Numbered from the stretch's first letter, positions 38,945-47,878 are shown. The stretch is DNA of 64,000 nt from Bacteroidota bacterium (GCA_018268085.1 JAFDXE010000014.1:8140-72139); one strand, 5' to 3'. Notes: generated by a model from the sequence alone, not told the origin. Made by a program: numbers and translations.

Positions 38945-40378
38945 TTAGCCTGCAGTATCGCTTATAGCAGGTGAGTCTGATTTTTCATTTTTCTTACTCT
39001 TAAACAAATCGTCTACATCGATTGAGATACCTGCCTGTATTTGTAAGAAATTATTGTAAAATCGAACAGGCTCATTGCTTCTTTGATAAATAGTTTCGCC
39101 TGTATTGGATGTTCTTTTGCGAACAGGGAAGTATTTTCCTGTCTGATACATCCAGCTTCCACGTAAATAAGCGAAGTGATCTTTATCGGTTCCGATATTT
39201 TTTATTAACCTAAAAGAAAACATATAAACAGGTTTTACTTTTTTTGTTGGATAGCTTACAGGCAGGAGCATTGAAGCTCGTTCATAGGGATCTATAACTG
39301 CAGCATCATATTGTTTGTAGTAGCTATCATGTAGGTACAGCCACATAATTCCAACATTGAAGTCCAGATTTAGTCTTGCTTTTTCTACAAATAACGTTTT
39401 CCCATATAATTCAATATTGTAAGCCATTGAATAAGCAGGCCTGAAAATTGACGAATCCGTTTTTCCAGTTTGGGATAAAGAAGTATCTACAAACGGACGG
39501 TTCTTGATCAATTTTGCGCCTGCCTGTAAATGCACTCTAAAATTATCTTTTTTAACAGCGAGCAAAATAATACGGGCACCAATATGAAGGTTTGAATATT
39601 TCCAGATATCCATGGTTGTAAACTTCGGTGTGGCGCTATCCGGATTTGATGAGCCATACAGATAGGCAGGGTAATTGTATGTTTCTTCTTTCTGGCTTTT
39701 GTCTATACGGTTAAAAAGTATGTCTGGAAAAATGATTGAACGAAATAATTGGGCAGACCAACTATTTTCTTTTCCAAAGGCATTTTTATTCAACGCCCAT
39801 TTACATCTTAGTTCGGTTTGTAATCTTCCATTTGGCTTGTCGTTATCGAATCCGGCAAAATCAGTAAATTGATTGTATTCTATTTTGTTGGTATTTGAAA
39901 CATCTTTAAACCATTTCGCCTTGTTCTTGTTAGAAACAGTAGTAACAGAAGGTGCAGTAGATGCAATAAGAGTAGAAGAAGTAATTGTAATAGTATCTAA
40001 TCTGTGAATAATTGTATCATCATTTAGTTCAAGCCTGAAATGTAATATTATCGTTTCATCGTTTGATGCTGGTCTAACAGGAAAATTTAAGGTTAACGTA
40101 AAATTACCATTGAGGCTAAGATTGGAAGGATTAGTTATGGACGTTATCGAGTAATTTCTCGGATCTGCAGTTCCTGAATTATCGTTGTAGAAATTTGCGT
40201 TTGTAATAGATGCTGCCGGGCATCCTGTAACAAAAAATATAAACGGATTAACAGTTAATGTAGTTCCTGCTGCACCTCGAATAATTTTCTTTTGTGCTGG
40301 ATTTAAACAAATTGTTTGATTAAATCCCTGACCGGCTATATGAATAAGTAATATTGATAAAAATAGTTTTGTCTTCAT
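38945..40378 (-). CDS. Hypothetical secreted protein; N-terminal Ig-like region and putative C-terminal beta-barrel
   Basis: Signal peptide MKTKLFLSILLIHIAGQG; Thr/Asn-rich beta N-terminus, S/T linker, amphipathic aromatic strands; AT-rich. Confidence 0.7.
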   Translation of the reverse strand: MKTKLFLSILLIHIAGQGFNQTICLNPAQKKIIRGAAGTTLTVNPFIFFVTGCPAASITNANFYNDNSGTADPRNYSITSITNPSNLSLNGNFTLTLNFPVRPASNDETIILHFRLELNDDTIIHRLDTITITSSTLIASTAPSVTTVSNKNKAKWFKDVSNTNKIEYNQFTDFAGFDNDKPNGRLQTELRCKWALNKNAFGKENSWSAQLFRSIIFPDILFNRIDKSQKEETYNYPAYLYGSSNPDSATPKFTTMDIWKYSNLHIGARIILLAVKKDNFRVHLQAGAKLIKNRPFVDTSLSQTGKTDSSIFRPAYSMAYNIELYGKTLFVEKARLNLDFNVGIMWLYLHDSYYKQYDAAVIDPYERASMLLPVSYPTKKVKPVYMFSFRLIKNIGTDKDHFAYLRGSWMYQTGKYFPVRKRTSNTGETIYQRSNEPVRFYNNFLQIQAGISIDVDDLFKSKKNEKSDSPAISDTAG

Positions 40379-40400
40379 AAAATTTATTTTTGTGTGTTAA

Positions 40401-40408
40401 CAAACGTA
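40401..40408 (-). promoter_or_regulatory. -7 element (TACGTTTG) upstream of the 477-aa gene
   Basis: Exact TAnnTTTG match on the minus strand 22 nt upstream of the ATG. Confidence 0.55.
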
Positions 40409-40564
40409 AATATCCACTACAAAAAAAGTTCAAGGAAAAAGGATGAAAAGGGGTAGGTGTTTTTCCGGTATTTTTTGTTTTAAATACCTGATTTTGATTA
40501 TTTGCATTGAAAATTAAAGTCTGAAAAGTATTTTGGGTAATTATCGAACATTAAACTATAAAAA

Positions 40565-41056
40565 ATGAAGTCAATTATTTTCTTATCTGTCTTTTTCCTT
40601 GTTGTTTCCCAGATATCCTGTACAACAAATTCCAATCAGGATAGCCGTGTGGTTCACGATACCGTGTATGTAAAAGTTCCTGATACGGCTGGCATAAAAA
40701 CTTTTAATGATAAAGCTTACAATGCAGTTGTACTATGGGAAGATTTTAAAACTGATTCAATAGAATACGAAAATTTGAAGAAGAAGTGCCCTGATTTGGC
40801 AAATTCCAAAACTGTCGCAGTAAGGTATGATATTGCAGCACTAAAAGGTTACCTCGATTTATTACAAAGATTAAGTTATAAGAATATCGACGTTTTTATT
40901 GGAAGATATCCAGACAGGTCAACATATCCAGGTACCGGCACAATAATATCCCCAGATCACAGTGGTCGTTTAACAGTGTTATTTGCCGGCGAAGGTATGT
41001 CGAAAGAAGTAACGCCTAATATATTGCCGTATAATGTAGGAAATCCCTGGCCTTAA
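40565..41056 (+). CDS. Hypothetical lipoprotein, first gene of the signalling cassette
   Basis: Signal peptide with lipobox-like QISC (Cys19); C-terminus YNVGNPWP; stop 2 nt before the next ATG. Confidence 0.75.
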   Translation: MKSIIFLSVFFLVVSQISCTTNSNQDSRVVHDTVYVKVPDTAGIKTFNDKAYNAVVLWEDFKTDSIEYENLKKKCPDLANSKTVAVRYDIAALKGYLDLLQRLSYKNIDVFIGRYPDRSTYPGTGTIISPDHSGRLTVLFAGEGMSKEVTPNILPYNVGNPWP

Positions 41057-41058
41057 AG

Positions 41059-41706
41059 ATGCAGTTCATTCCAATCATCTCAGAATCTGTTGCTCTTTTG
41101 GCTGCAATATTATTTTGTGGCCAAAAGAACATTTTTAAATATTTTATTCCATTTTTAGTTTACACTTTACTTAATGAGTCTGTTGCATTTTATATGGGCT
41201 ATATAATGAGAACAAAAAATTATTTTCTTTATACTATTTATGTTCCCATTTCTTTTTGTTTTTATTCCTTTATTATCAGTGCTAAAGTAATAAACATAAA
41301 ACTTGTTAAGTTCGTTCGGGCAACAACTTATTTTTGCTTCCCTTTTTTTTTATGGAATATATTATTTATTCAGGGCTTTAATTCATTTAACACTTATTCA
41401 AATACACTTGTTTCTCTTGTACTGATACTATTCTCCTTAATTTATCTATTTGATTATTTAAATTATTCTCAAGAAAAATCAAATCCCATTACGGAACCGA
41501 TGTTTTGGATCGTTGCAGGTTTGCTATTCTTTTATTTTGGAGGAATGATTTTAAATATTCTCTACAATTATTCTGTTCAACAGGAATTTAAAATAAACGA
41601 AAAAAAAATGTATAGTTTTGTTTTTGCTTTTTTGAATATTCTGTTATATGGATGCCTCAGTATAGCTTTTTACTTATGTTGCAAAAGAACGAAGTATATA
41701 TACTAA
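41059..41706 (+). CDS. Seven-TM membrane protein of unknown function
   Basis: Seven hydrophobic segments by eye (approx. aa 3-20, 28-49, 55-75, 85-104, 113-134, 148-169, 185-207); FWIVAGLLFFY; basic C-tail. Confidence 0.78.
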   Translation: MQFIPIISESVALLAAILFCGQKNIFKYFIPFLVYTLLNESVAFYMGYIMRTKNYFLYTIYVPISFCFYSFIISAKVINIKLVKFVRATTYFCFPFFLWNILFIQGFNSFNTYSNTLVSLVLILFSLIYLFDYLNYSQEKSNPITEPMFWIVAGLLFFYFGGMILNILYNYSVQQEFKINEKKMYSFVFAFLNILLYGCLSIAFYLCCKRTKYIY

Positions 41707-42470
41707 TTATAGTTGCTTCTGTTGTTTTCCTGTTGGTTGCTTTCTTTCTATTTATATTTGTTTTGTACTTTTTTAAAAAACGTCGACAAATGTTTTTGGA
41801 AAGGGAACTAATTAAAAAGGAATACAATGAAAACCTTCTTCAATCCCAAATCGAAATCCAGGAACAAACACTTCGCCATGTAAGTCATGAACTTCATGAT
41901 AACCTCGGGCAAATTGCCAGCCTGATCAAAATCAATCTCAATACACTAAACCTGGATGACAGCAGTAAGGCAATACAAAAAATTGAAGACACCAAAACTC
42001 TAACCCGCCAGTTAATCTCAGATCTTAAAAGTTTATCCGTCGGTCTTGGCAGTGACCATCTATCTAAAACAGGAGTTATAAAAGCACTTGAAATAGAAAT
42101 TGAAAGGTTAAATAAAACCGGGCAGTTTACTGCAACTTTTAGTAATGATGCAGGAGATATACATATACCTGCAGATAAAGCCATTATCCTTTACCGTATG
42201 GTTCAGGAAATTTTAAATAATTGTATCAAGCATGCTAATGCAAAAAATATAGATCTGCATTTGCAGCATCACAATCAGGAAAATAAATATATATTAGCAA
42301 TCAGGGACGATGGTGTAGGCTTTAGTATACAGGATTCCGGATCAGATACAAGTGCAGGATTAAAAAATCTTCACAACCGGGCTCAATTGATTAATGCCAA
42401 TTTGAACTTTTACAGCACTCCAGGTAAAGGCACAGAAGTAATCATCAGCATTCCTGATACTATAAACTAA
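41676..42470 (+). CDS. HisKA_3-type sensor histidine kinase with one TM helix and no sensor domain
   Basis: H-box SHELHDNLGQ, N-box YRMVQEILNNCIKHA, DDGVGF, GKGT; ATG 41676 overlaps the 7TM gene by 31 nt. Confidence 0.9.
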   Translation: MLQKNEVYILIIVASVVFLLVAFFLFIFVLYFFKKRRQMFLERELIKKEYNENLLQSQIEIQEQTLRHVSHELHDNLGQIASLIKINLNTLNLDDSSKAIQKIEDTKTLTRQLISDLKSLSVGLGSDHLSKTGVIKALEIEIERLNKTGQFTATFSNDAGDIHIPADKAIILYRMVQEILNNCIKHANAKNIDLHLQHHNQENKYILAIRDDGVGFSIQDSGSDTSAGLKNLHNRAQLINANLNFYSTPGKGTEVIISIPDTIN

Positions 42471-42480
42471 ATTCCTGTTT

Positions 42481-43149
42481 ATGACTGCTGCTGAACAACC
42501 AAAAATAGCCCTGGTTGACGATCACAGGTTGTTCCGTAAAGGATTGATAAGCCTGATAGAAATGTTGTATCCTGATTGTGTTATTGTTTTTGAGGCTGAT
42601 AACGGATACGATCTCCAGAAAAAAATAGACAAGCTAAACCAACCCGATCTTATACTGATGGATGTAAACATGCCGGGTATGGATGGTTTTGATACCGTAA
42701 CATGGCTCAATACCAATTATCCGCTGGTTAAAGTACTTGCCGTAAGTATGATTGAAAGAGAGGAAAGCATAGTAAAAATGCTCAAGCTAGGTGTAAAAGG
42801 TTATTTGAGTAAAGACGTTGAGCCTAAAGAACTGGGCGAAGCCATTCATGCCGTATTAAATAAAGGTTTTTATTATACAGATTTCATAACCGGTAAACTG
42901 GTACATTCTCTCCAAACAGGCAATAACGATTCTTTGAAGGCTGAAAGCCTTTCATTGATTAGTGAAAGAGAAATGGAATTCCTGAAGATGGCATGCAGCG
43001 AAATGACTTACAATGAAATTGCAGCCAGGATGTTTTTAAGCCCCAAAACAATAGATGGATATAGAAATTCCCTGTTCGAAAAATTACAAATAAAAAGCAG
43101 GGTGGGCCTGGCACTTTATGCAGTAAAAAATGGAATAGTAACGTTGTAA
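42481..43149 (+). CDS. NarL/LuxR-family DNA-binding response regulator
   Basis: Receiver LVDDH...MDVNMPGMDG...GYLSK; LuxR HTH SERE...EIAARMFLSPKTIDGYR. Confidence 0.93.
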   Translation: MTAAEQPKIALVDDHRLFRKGLISLIEMLYPDCVIVFEADNGYDLQKKIDKLNQPDLILMDVNMPGMDGFDTVTWLNTNYPLVKVLAVSMIEREESIVKMLKLGVKGYLSKDVEPKELGEAIHAVLNKGFYYTDFITGKLVHSLQTGNNDSLKAESLSLISEREMEFLKMACSEMTYNEIAARMFLSPKTIDGYRNSLFEKLQIKSRVGLALYAVKNGIVTL

Positions 43150-43279
43150 ATTAAGGGTACGGATTAAAACATCAACTTAAAAAAAGATGATAGCAGCAAT
43201 TAATCCTTACTACAAATTTTGTTTATTTTGCCAGCATAAAAAACCGTGAAAACACCCATTTTTTGTAGTAACTGCTATA

Positions 43280-44680
43280 TTAGTTCAATACACTTGCCTC
43301 TTTAATTATCTCAACGCCTTCCTGTTGCTTGATTTTTCCCCATCCACCCAAAACATTTCTCAGGTTATGAATTCCCTGGCGCTTTAAGAGTGATGCCGCT
43401 ATTACACTCCGGTAACCGCCGGCACAATGTACATACAGGTTCTGGTTGTCTTCAAACTGGGCCAGCAAGGCATTATCAGTCATTTCATCTAAAGGCAGGT
43501 TCACCGCATCTTTGAGGTGTCCATCCCCGAATTCGGTTTCTTTGCGTACATCAACAACAACCAGGTTTGGATCGTGTGGCATGTCCATCAGCAATTCATC
43601 TGCTTCCACATCAACAATCATATCAATTTTTTCACCGGCATTTTTCCAGGCTTCAAAACCGCCCTCCAGGTAACCTTCCATTTTATCAAAGCCAACTCTT
43701 GATAACCTGATCACGGATTCTTCTTCTTTACCCGGTGCTGTTACCAATAAAATAGGCGTATTAAAATCCAATAAGGTGCCAGCCCATTCTGCAAAGCGGC
43801 CTTCAAGACCAATAAAAATGGAACCTGGTACAAATCCTTCCGTAAATGCAGCCGCTGTTCTTGTGTCCAGAATTATCTTCCCTTCTGAAGCTTTTTTAAA
43901 TGCTTCTATACTTAATGCCTGCATACCTTTTAATTTAACCTCATTCAGCGTTTCATATCCCTGCTGGTTTATCCGGGCATTGATGGCAAAATAAACAGGC
44001 GCCGCATTTAATCCATGTGTAACGGAAGCTATAAAATCTTCTTTCGATGATGCCTGCAATGCATAATTCATTCTTTTTTCATCTCCGATCGTGCTATAGG
44101 TATTTTGGCCTAAATTTTTACCACAACTACTGCCGGGGCCGTGTGCAGGATATACAATGATATGGTCTGCCAATGGTAAAATTTTATGCTGAATGGTTTC
44201 ATACATGATCCCGGCAAGTTCTTCGGAACTCATGTTGCCACTGCTTAAATCGGGGCGACCAACATCACCTACAAACAATGTATCCCCGGTAAAAATTGCA
44301 TAAGGATTTCCTTCTTCATCTTTTAATAAATAGCAACTGCTTTCCAGTGTATGTCCGGGTGTATGTATTACTTCAATTGTTAGTTTACCAAGTTTAAATA
44401 TCTCGCCATCTTTTGCCTGGTGAATTGGAAAATTTGTTTTAGCGCCCGGACCATAAATTATAGGAGCGCCGGTTTGTTTGCTTAAATCCAGGTGACCACT
44501 TACAAAGTCAGCATGAAAATGCGTTTCAAAAATATATTTCACTGATGCATTTCTTTCCTTTGCCATTTTAATATAAACATCTGTATCTCTTAATGGATCA
44601 ATGATGGCAACTTCACCTTCGCTTTCAATATAATAGGCTGCTTCACTTAGGCAAATGGTGTATAACTGTTGTATGAACAT
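43280..44680 (-). CDS. MBL-fold persulfide dioxygenase-like domain + two rhodanese domains (CstB-like)
   Basis: ETHFHADFVSG, TPGHT, TGDTLFVGDVGRPDL, PAHGPGSSCGK, C-terminal HCAGGYRS. Confidence 0.85.
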   Translation of the reverse strand: MFIQQLYTICLSEAAYYIESEGEVAIIDPLRDTDVYIKMAKERNASVKYIFETHFHADFVSGHLDLSKQTGAPIIYGPGAKTNFPIHQAKDGEIFKLGKLTIEVIHTPGHTLESSCYLLKDEEGNPYAIFTGDTLFVGDVGRPDLSSGNMSSEELAGIMYETIQHKILPLADHIIVYPAHGPGSSCGKNLGQNTYSTIGDEKRMNYALQASSKEDFIASVTHGLNAAPVYFAINARINQQGYETLNEVKLKGMQALSIEAFKKASEGKIILDTRTAAAFTEGFVPGSIFIGLEGRFAEWAGTLLDFNTPILLVTAPGKEEESVIRLSRVGFDKMEGYLEGGFEAWKNAGEKIDMIVDVEADELLMDMPHDPNLVVVDVRKETEFGDGHLKDAVNLPLDEMTDNALLAQFEDNQNLYVHCAGGYRSVIAASLLKRQGIHNLRNVLGGWGKIKQQEGVEIIKEASVLN

Positions 44681-44699
44681 TTTTTAAAAATTTATCTGT

Positions 44700-44707
44700 C
44701 AAAGTTA
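44700..44707 (-). promoter_or_regulatory. -7 element (TAACTTTG) of the MBL-rhodanese gene
   Basis: Exact TAnnTTTG match 19 nt upstream of the ATG, downstream of the arsR terminator. Confidence 0.65.
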
Positions 44708-44712
44708 AAAAT

Positions 44713-44740
44713 AAAAAAGCGGATGAATTTCATCCGCTTT
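44713..44740 (-). terminator. Intrinsic terminator after the ArsR-family gene
   Basis: AAAGCGGATG-AAATT-CATCCGCTTT on the minus strand running into a T tract. Confidence 0.75.
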
Positions 44741-44759
44741 CATTACAATGCTATGAGCT

Positions 44760-45110
44760 TTACCCTACAAGGTTTTGTACGAATTGGTTTATTTCATCAA
44801 TTCTTTTGTGGTTAACGGTGTAATAAATAAATTTTCCGTCACGCTGTGTTGTTACAATTCCTGCACGTCTTAATATTGCTAGATGCTGAGAAGCTACTGA
44901 TTGTTCGAGGCGCATACGCACATAAATTTCAGTAACTGTAATTCTCTTTTCTGTTTCAATTAATGCAAGGATCTGCTGGCGAAGTTTGTGATTCAATGAT
45001 CTTAAAACCAACGCCGCTTTTTTCAAATTGTGAAAATTAATCTTCAATGTATCGGGGGTTACATTTGAAGTTTCCATCGTCTGCTCATTTGGCTGTGTCG
45101 CTACTATCAT
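44760..45110 (-). CDS. ArsR/SmtB-family transcriptional regulator (no Cys)
   Basis: LRSLNHKLRQQIL, EQSVASQHLAILR, RDGKFIYY winged HTH. Confidence 0.9.
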   Translation of the reverse strand: MIVATQPNEQTMETSNVTPDTLKINFHNLKKAALVLRSLNHKLRQQILALIETEKRITVTEIYVRMRLEQSVASQHLAILRRAGIVTTQRDGKFIYYTVNHKRIDEINQFVQNLVG

Positions 45111-45204
45111 AGGTAAATTTTAAATGCTTAAACAATACTGTTTAGACTGCAAATATACATTGATATATTAAGTATGTTTGTATTATATTGTTAAAATAAA
45201 CTTT

Positions 45205-45903
45205 TCAATAATTTATTATTTTACCGGAGTTATCGGGTGATGAGTGGAACTCTTTGACATATAATGGTTCAGCATATAATAAGTCGGAAAAACTATTTGC
45301 TGAAAATTTTTTGTGAGACAAAATACTCATTGCCTGCATACTATTTTCTCCAGTTATAAATGCAGCATTTTTACTTAGTACAATTCCCCTGAATTTTTCA
45401 GATCCGTTTCCGGAAAAGTATATTTTCGTTTTCTGTAAATAATCGTTGAATGAATTTTCATTGAGAATCAATGCTTGTTCGGGTACCACTTTATCCATAC
45501 GTTCATCATACAGTGCAGTAAATACTTCCATTCTTCTCGCATCTATCATCGGGCAATACAATACGTTCGATTCATTTCCGGTTTCAAGTACAGCAGCTAC
45601 TGCCATAATATCAAGCGTACCCAATGCAATGAATGGTTTGGATAATGCATAACTCAGCCCTTTGGCACTAGCCATGGCTACCCGTAAGCCAGTGTACGAA
45701 CCAGGGCCGTTAGCTACGGCAACCGCATCAATTGTATGTAATGTTGCGCCCGTTTTTTTAATCACATCTTCAATGGCTATATGCAAAAAAGACGCATGTT
45801 CTTTTTGTTGCTGATTGGAAACTTCCTGCAATACCTTTCCATTTTCTGCAACGGCAACTATTGCTTTTTCTGTAGAACAATCAATATTTAAAATTAAACT
45901 CAT
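45205..45903 (-). CDS. tsaB: tRNA threonylcarbamoyladenosine biosynthesis protein TsaB
   Basis: IDCST, HASFL, GPGSYTGLRV, MIDARRMEVF, EPLYVK. Confidence 0.93.
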   Translation of the reverse strand: MSLILNIDCSTEKAIVAVAENGKVLQEVSNQQQKEHASFLHIAIEDVIKKTGATLHTIDAVAVANGPGSYTGLRVAMASAKGLSYALSKPFIALGTLDIMAVAAVLETGNESNVLYCPMIDARRMEVFTALYDERMDKVVPEQALILNENSFNDYLQKTKIYFSGNGSEKFRGIVLSKNAAFITGENSMQAMSILSHKKFSANSFSDLLYAEPLYVKEFHSSPDNSGKIINY

Positions 45904-46514
45904 GGTTGTTGTATTGTTGTTTGCAGCAATGAAGCAGGTTGATATCTATTATCCGTTTTACTTAAACAAAACAATAACTCATAAATATTCTTTATTCCAA
46001 CTTCCCTGGCCCATTCAAAAGGACCTTTGGGATAATTGGTGCCCAGCTTCATAGCGATATCAATTTCATCTTCCGTACTTATTTTATCTTCTTTAGCAAA
46101 AAAAGCTTCATTAATGATCATCGAAATAATTCTGGCTGAAATAAATCCAGGTTCATCGGGGCAGGCGATTAATTTTCTTTGCAGTGAATCTGCAACAGAC
46201 TGGTGAACACTGCTCAATGTTCCTGCAAATTCCCATGAACTTCTTTTAATAAATCCGTGCCACCCGTTTATTCTTACAACCCAATCATTAGTCTTCATTT
46301 GTTGCAGTGTTGTTGTTACACTGTTTACAAAAACCGGGATAGCAATCAATGAATAATCTTCCATAGCTGCATTTTCTGAAAGATTGAAAATGGTATCAAT
46401 ATCATTTAACTGTATTGCTTCAGTGAGATTTTTTACCACCACCCATTCCAGTGTATTGGTAATGCCGGTGAGTTCATTAACAGAGGATTCATTTCCAATA
46501 ACAGCTATTTTCAT
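45900..46514 (-). CDS. 3-hydroxyacyl-CoA dehydrogenase C-terminal-domain protein with degenerate NAD-binding region
   Basis: PGFISARI, INEA, EIDIAMKLGTNYPKGPFEW; no GxGxxG motif. Confidence 0.75.
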   Translation of the reverse strand: MKIAVIGNESSVNELTGITNTLEWVVVKNLTEAIQLNDIDTIFNLSENAAMEDYSLIAIPVFVNSVTTTLQQMKTNDWVVRINGWHGFIKRSSWEFAGTLSSVHQSVADSLQRKLIACPDEPGFISARIISMIINEAFFAKEDKISTEDEIDIAMKLGTNYPKGPFEWAREVGIKNIYELLFCLSKTDNRYQPASLLQTTIQQP

Positions 46515-46527
46515 CTTAAAATTTTTG

Positions 46528-46558
46528 CAAAAATAGGTTGTTGATTAAGATATATTTG
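46528..46558. promoter_or_regulatory. Back-to-back -7 elements: TATTTTTG (minus, 46528-46535) and TATATTTG (plus, 46551-46558)
   Basis: Two exact TAnnTTTG matches in a 63-bp divergent spacer. Confidence 0.6.
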
Positions 46559-46577
46559 TAGTCAATTAAAATAAACT

Positions 46578-46961
46578 ATGTCAAAAGAAATATTTATTAC
46601 AACAGATGCGCCGGCTCCCATCGGCCCCTATAACCAGGCCGTGAAAGCTGGTAATTTATTATTCCTTTCCGGCCAGATTGCACTGATTCCCGGCACTTCT
46701 GAACTGGTGAATTCGGGCATTAAAGAAGAAACACACCAGGTGATGCGTAATATAAAAGCAATCCTTTACGCAGCATCTGCCAATTTTCATCACGTAGTTA
46801 AAACAACTATTTTCCTGAGTGATATGAGTTTGTTTGCAGAAGTTAATGAAGTATATGGTTCTTATTTTGAATCAGATTATCCTGCAAGAGAAACCGTAGC
46901 CGTTAAAGGACTGCCCAAAAATGTAAATGTAGAAATCAGCATGACGGCTTATTTACCATGA
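46578..46961 (+). CDS. ridA: RidA/YjgF/UK114 enamine deaminase
   Basis: [37 protein letters not shown]. Confidence 0.9.
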   Translation: MSKEIFITTDAPAPIGPYNQAVKAGNLLFLSGQIALIPGTSELVNSGIKEETHQVMRNIKAILYAASANFHHVVKTTIFLSDMSLFAEVNEVYGSYFESDYPARETVAVKGLPKNVNVEISMTAYLP

Positions 46962-47878
46962 TGGTTATTATTACAGCAAAAGCGCATGATTATTTAATAC
47001 ATACTCTTACACAAAAAGGGTATGAGGTAACGTATGCACCAGGAATAACGTATGATGAATTATTACAGGTAATTAACCGGGCAACGGGTTTGGTGGTAAC
47101 TACGCGGTTAAAAATTGATAAGCAAATCCTGGATAAGGCGGTTAATTTGCAATGGATCGGCAGGTTGGGTAGCGGCATGGAATTGATAGATACCAAGTAT
47201 GCTGCAGAAAAAAATATACGTTGTGTAAGCACACCCGAAGGAAACAGCAATGCCGTGGGAGAACATGCGCTGGGAATGTTGCTGAATTTGATGAACAATA
47301 TTTCCATTAGCAGCAATGAAGTGAAAGAAAAAATCTGGCTTCGTGATGAGAACCGCGGTGTTGAACTAAGTAGTAAAGTAGTTGGCATCATCGGTTACGG
47401 TAATACCGGTGCAGCTTTTGCAAAACTATTAGCCGGTTTTGATGTAAATGTGCTGGCTTTTGATAAATACAAATCAGGTTTTGCTAACAATTTTGTTCGT
47501 GAAGCGAATATGGAACAAATATGCAGGTATGCTGATGTGATCAGTTTTCATCTTCCGCTTACAGATGAAACTTTTCATATAGCCGATACCCAATTTTTTT
47601 CTTCACTAAAACAACAACCGTATATTCTTAATACTTCCCGTGGGCAGATCATACATACAGCATCTCTTATTGATGCATTGGAAAAAAAACATATTGCCGG
47701 CGCCGGACTTGATGTCTTGGAAAATGAAAAAATAGCAACCTTATCTGTTGATGAAGTAAAACAGTTTGAATTTCTTACCCGTCATAAAAAAGTATTGATA
47801 ACACCGCATATTGCCGGGTACTCAAGAGAGGCCTATTTTAAAATGAGCAGCATACTCCTGGAAAAACTGGGGATTTAA
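46958..47878 (+). CDS. D-isomer-specific 2-hydroxyacid dehydrogenase (phosphoglycerate dehydrogenase-like)
   Basis: [33 protein letters not shown]. Confidence 0.88.
   Translation: MMVIITAKAHDYLIHTLTQKGYEVTYAPGITYDELLQVINRATGLVVTTRLKIDKQILDKAVNLQWIGRLGSGMELIDTKYAAEKNIRCVSTPEGNSNAVGEHALGMLLNLMNNISISSNEVKEKIWLRDENRGVELSSKVVGIIGYGNTGAAFAKLLAGFDVNVLAFDKYKSGFANNFVREANMEQICRYADVISFHLPLTDETFHIADTQFFSSLKQQPYILNTSRGQIIHTASLIDALEKKHIAGAGLDVLENEKIATLSVDEVKQFEFLTRHKKVLITPHIAGYSREAYFKMSSILLEKLGI

Noticed and set aside
40385-40392. TATTTTTG as the promoter of the signalling cassette
   Set aside because: It coincides with the A-rich translation-initiation region of the opposite-strand gene and is about 170 nt from the ATG, so it may be a chance match.
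38930-43279. Self-mobile island carrying the signalling cassette
   Set aside because: AT-rich, but I found no flanking direct repeats, integrase or transposase. Horizontal origin remains only an inference.
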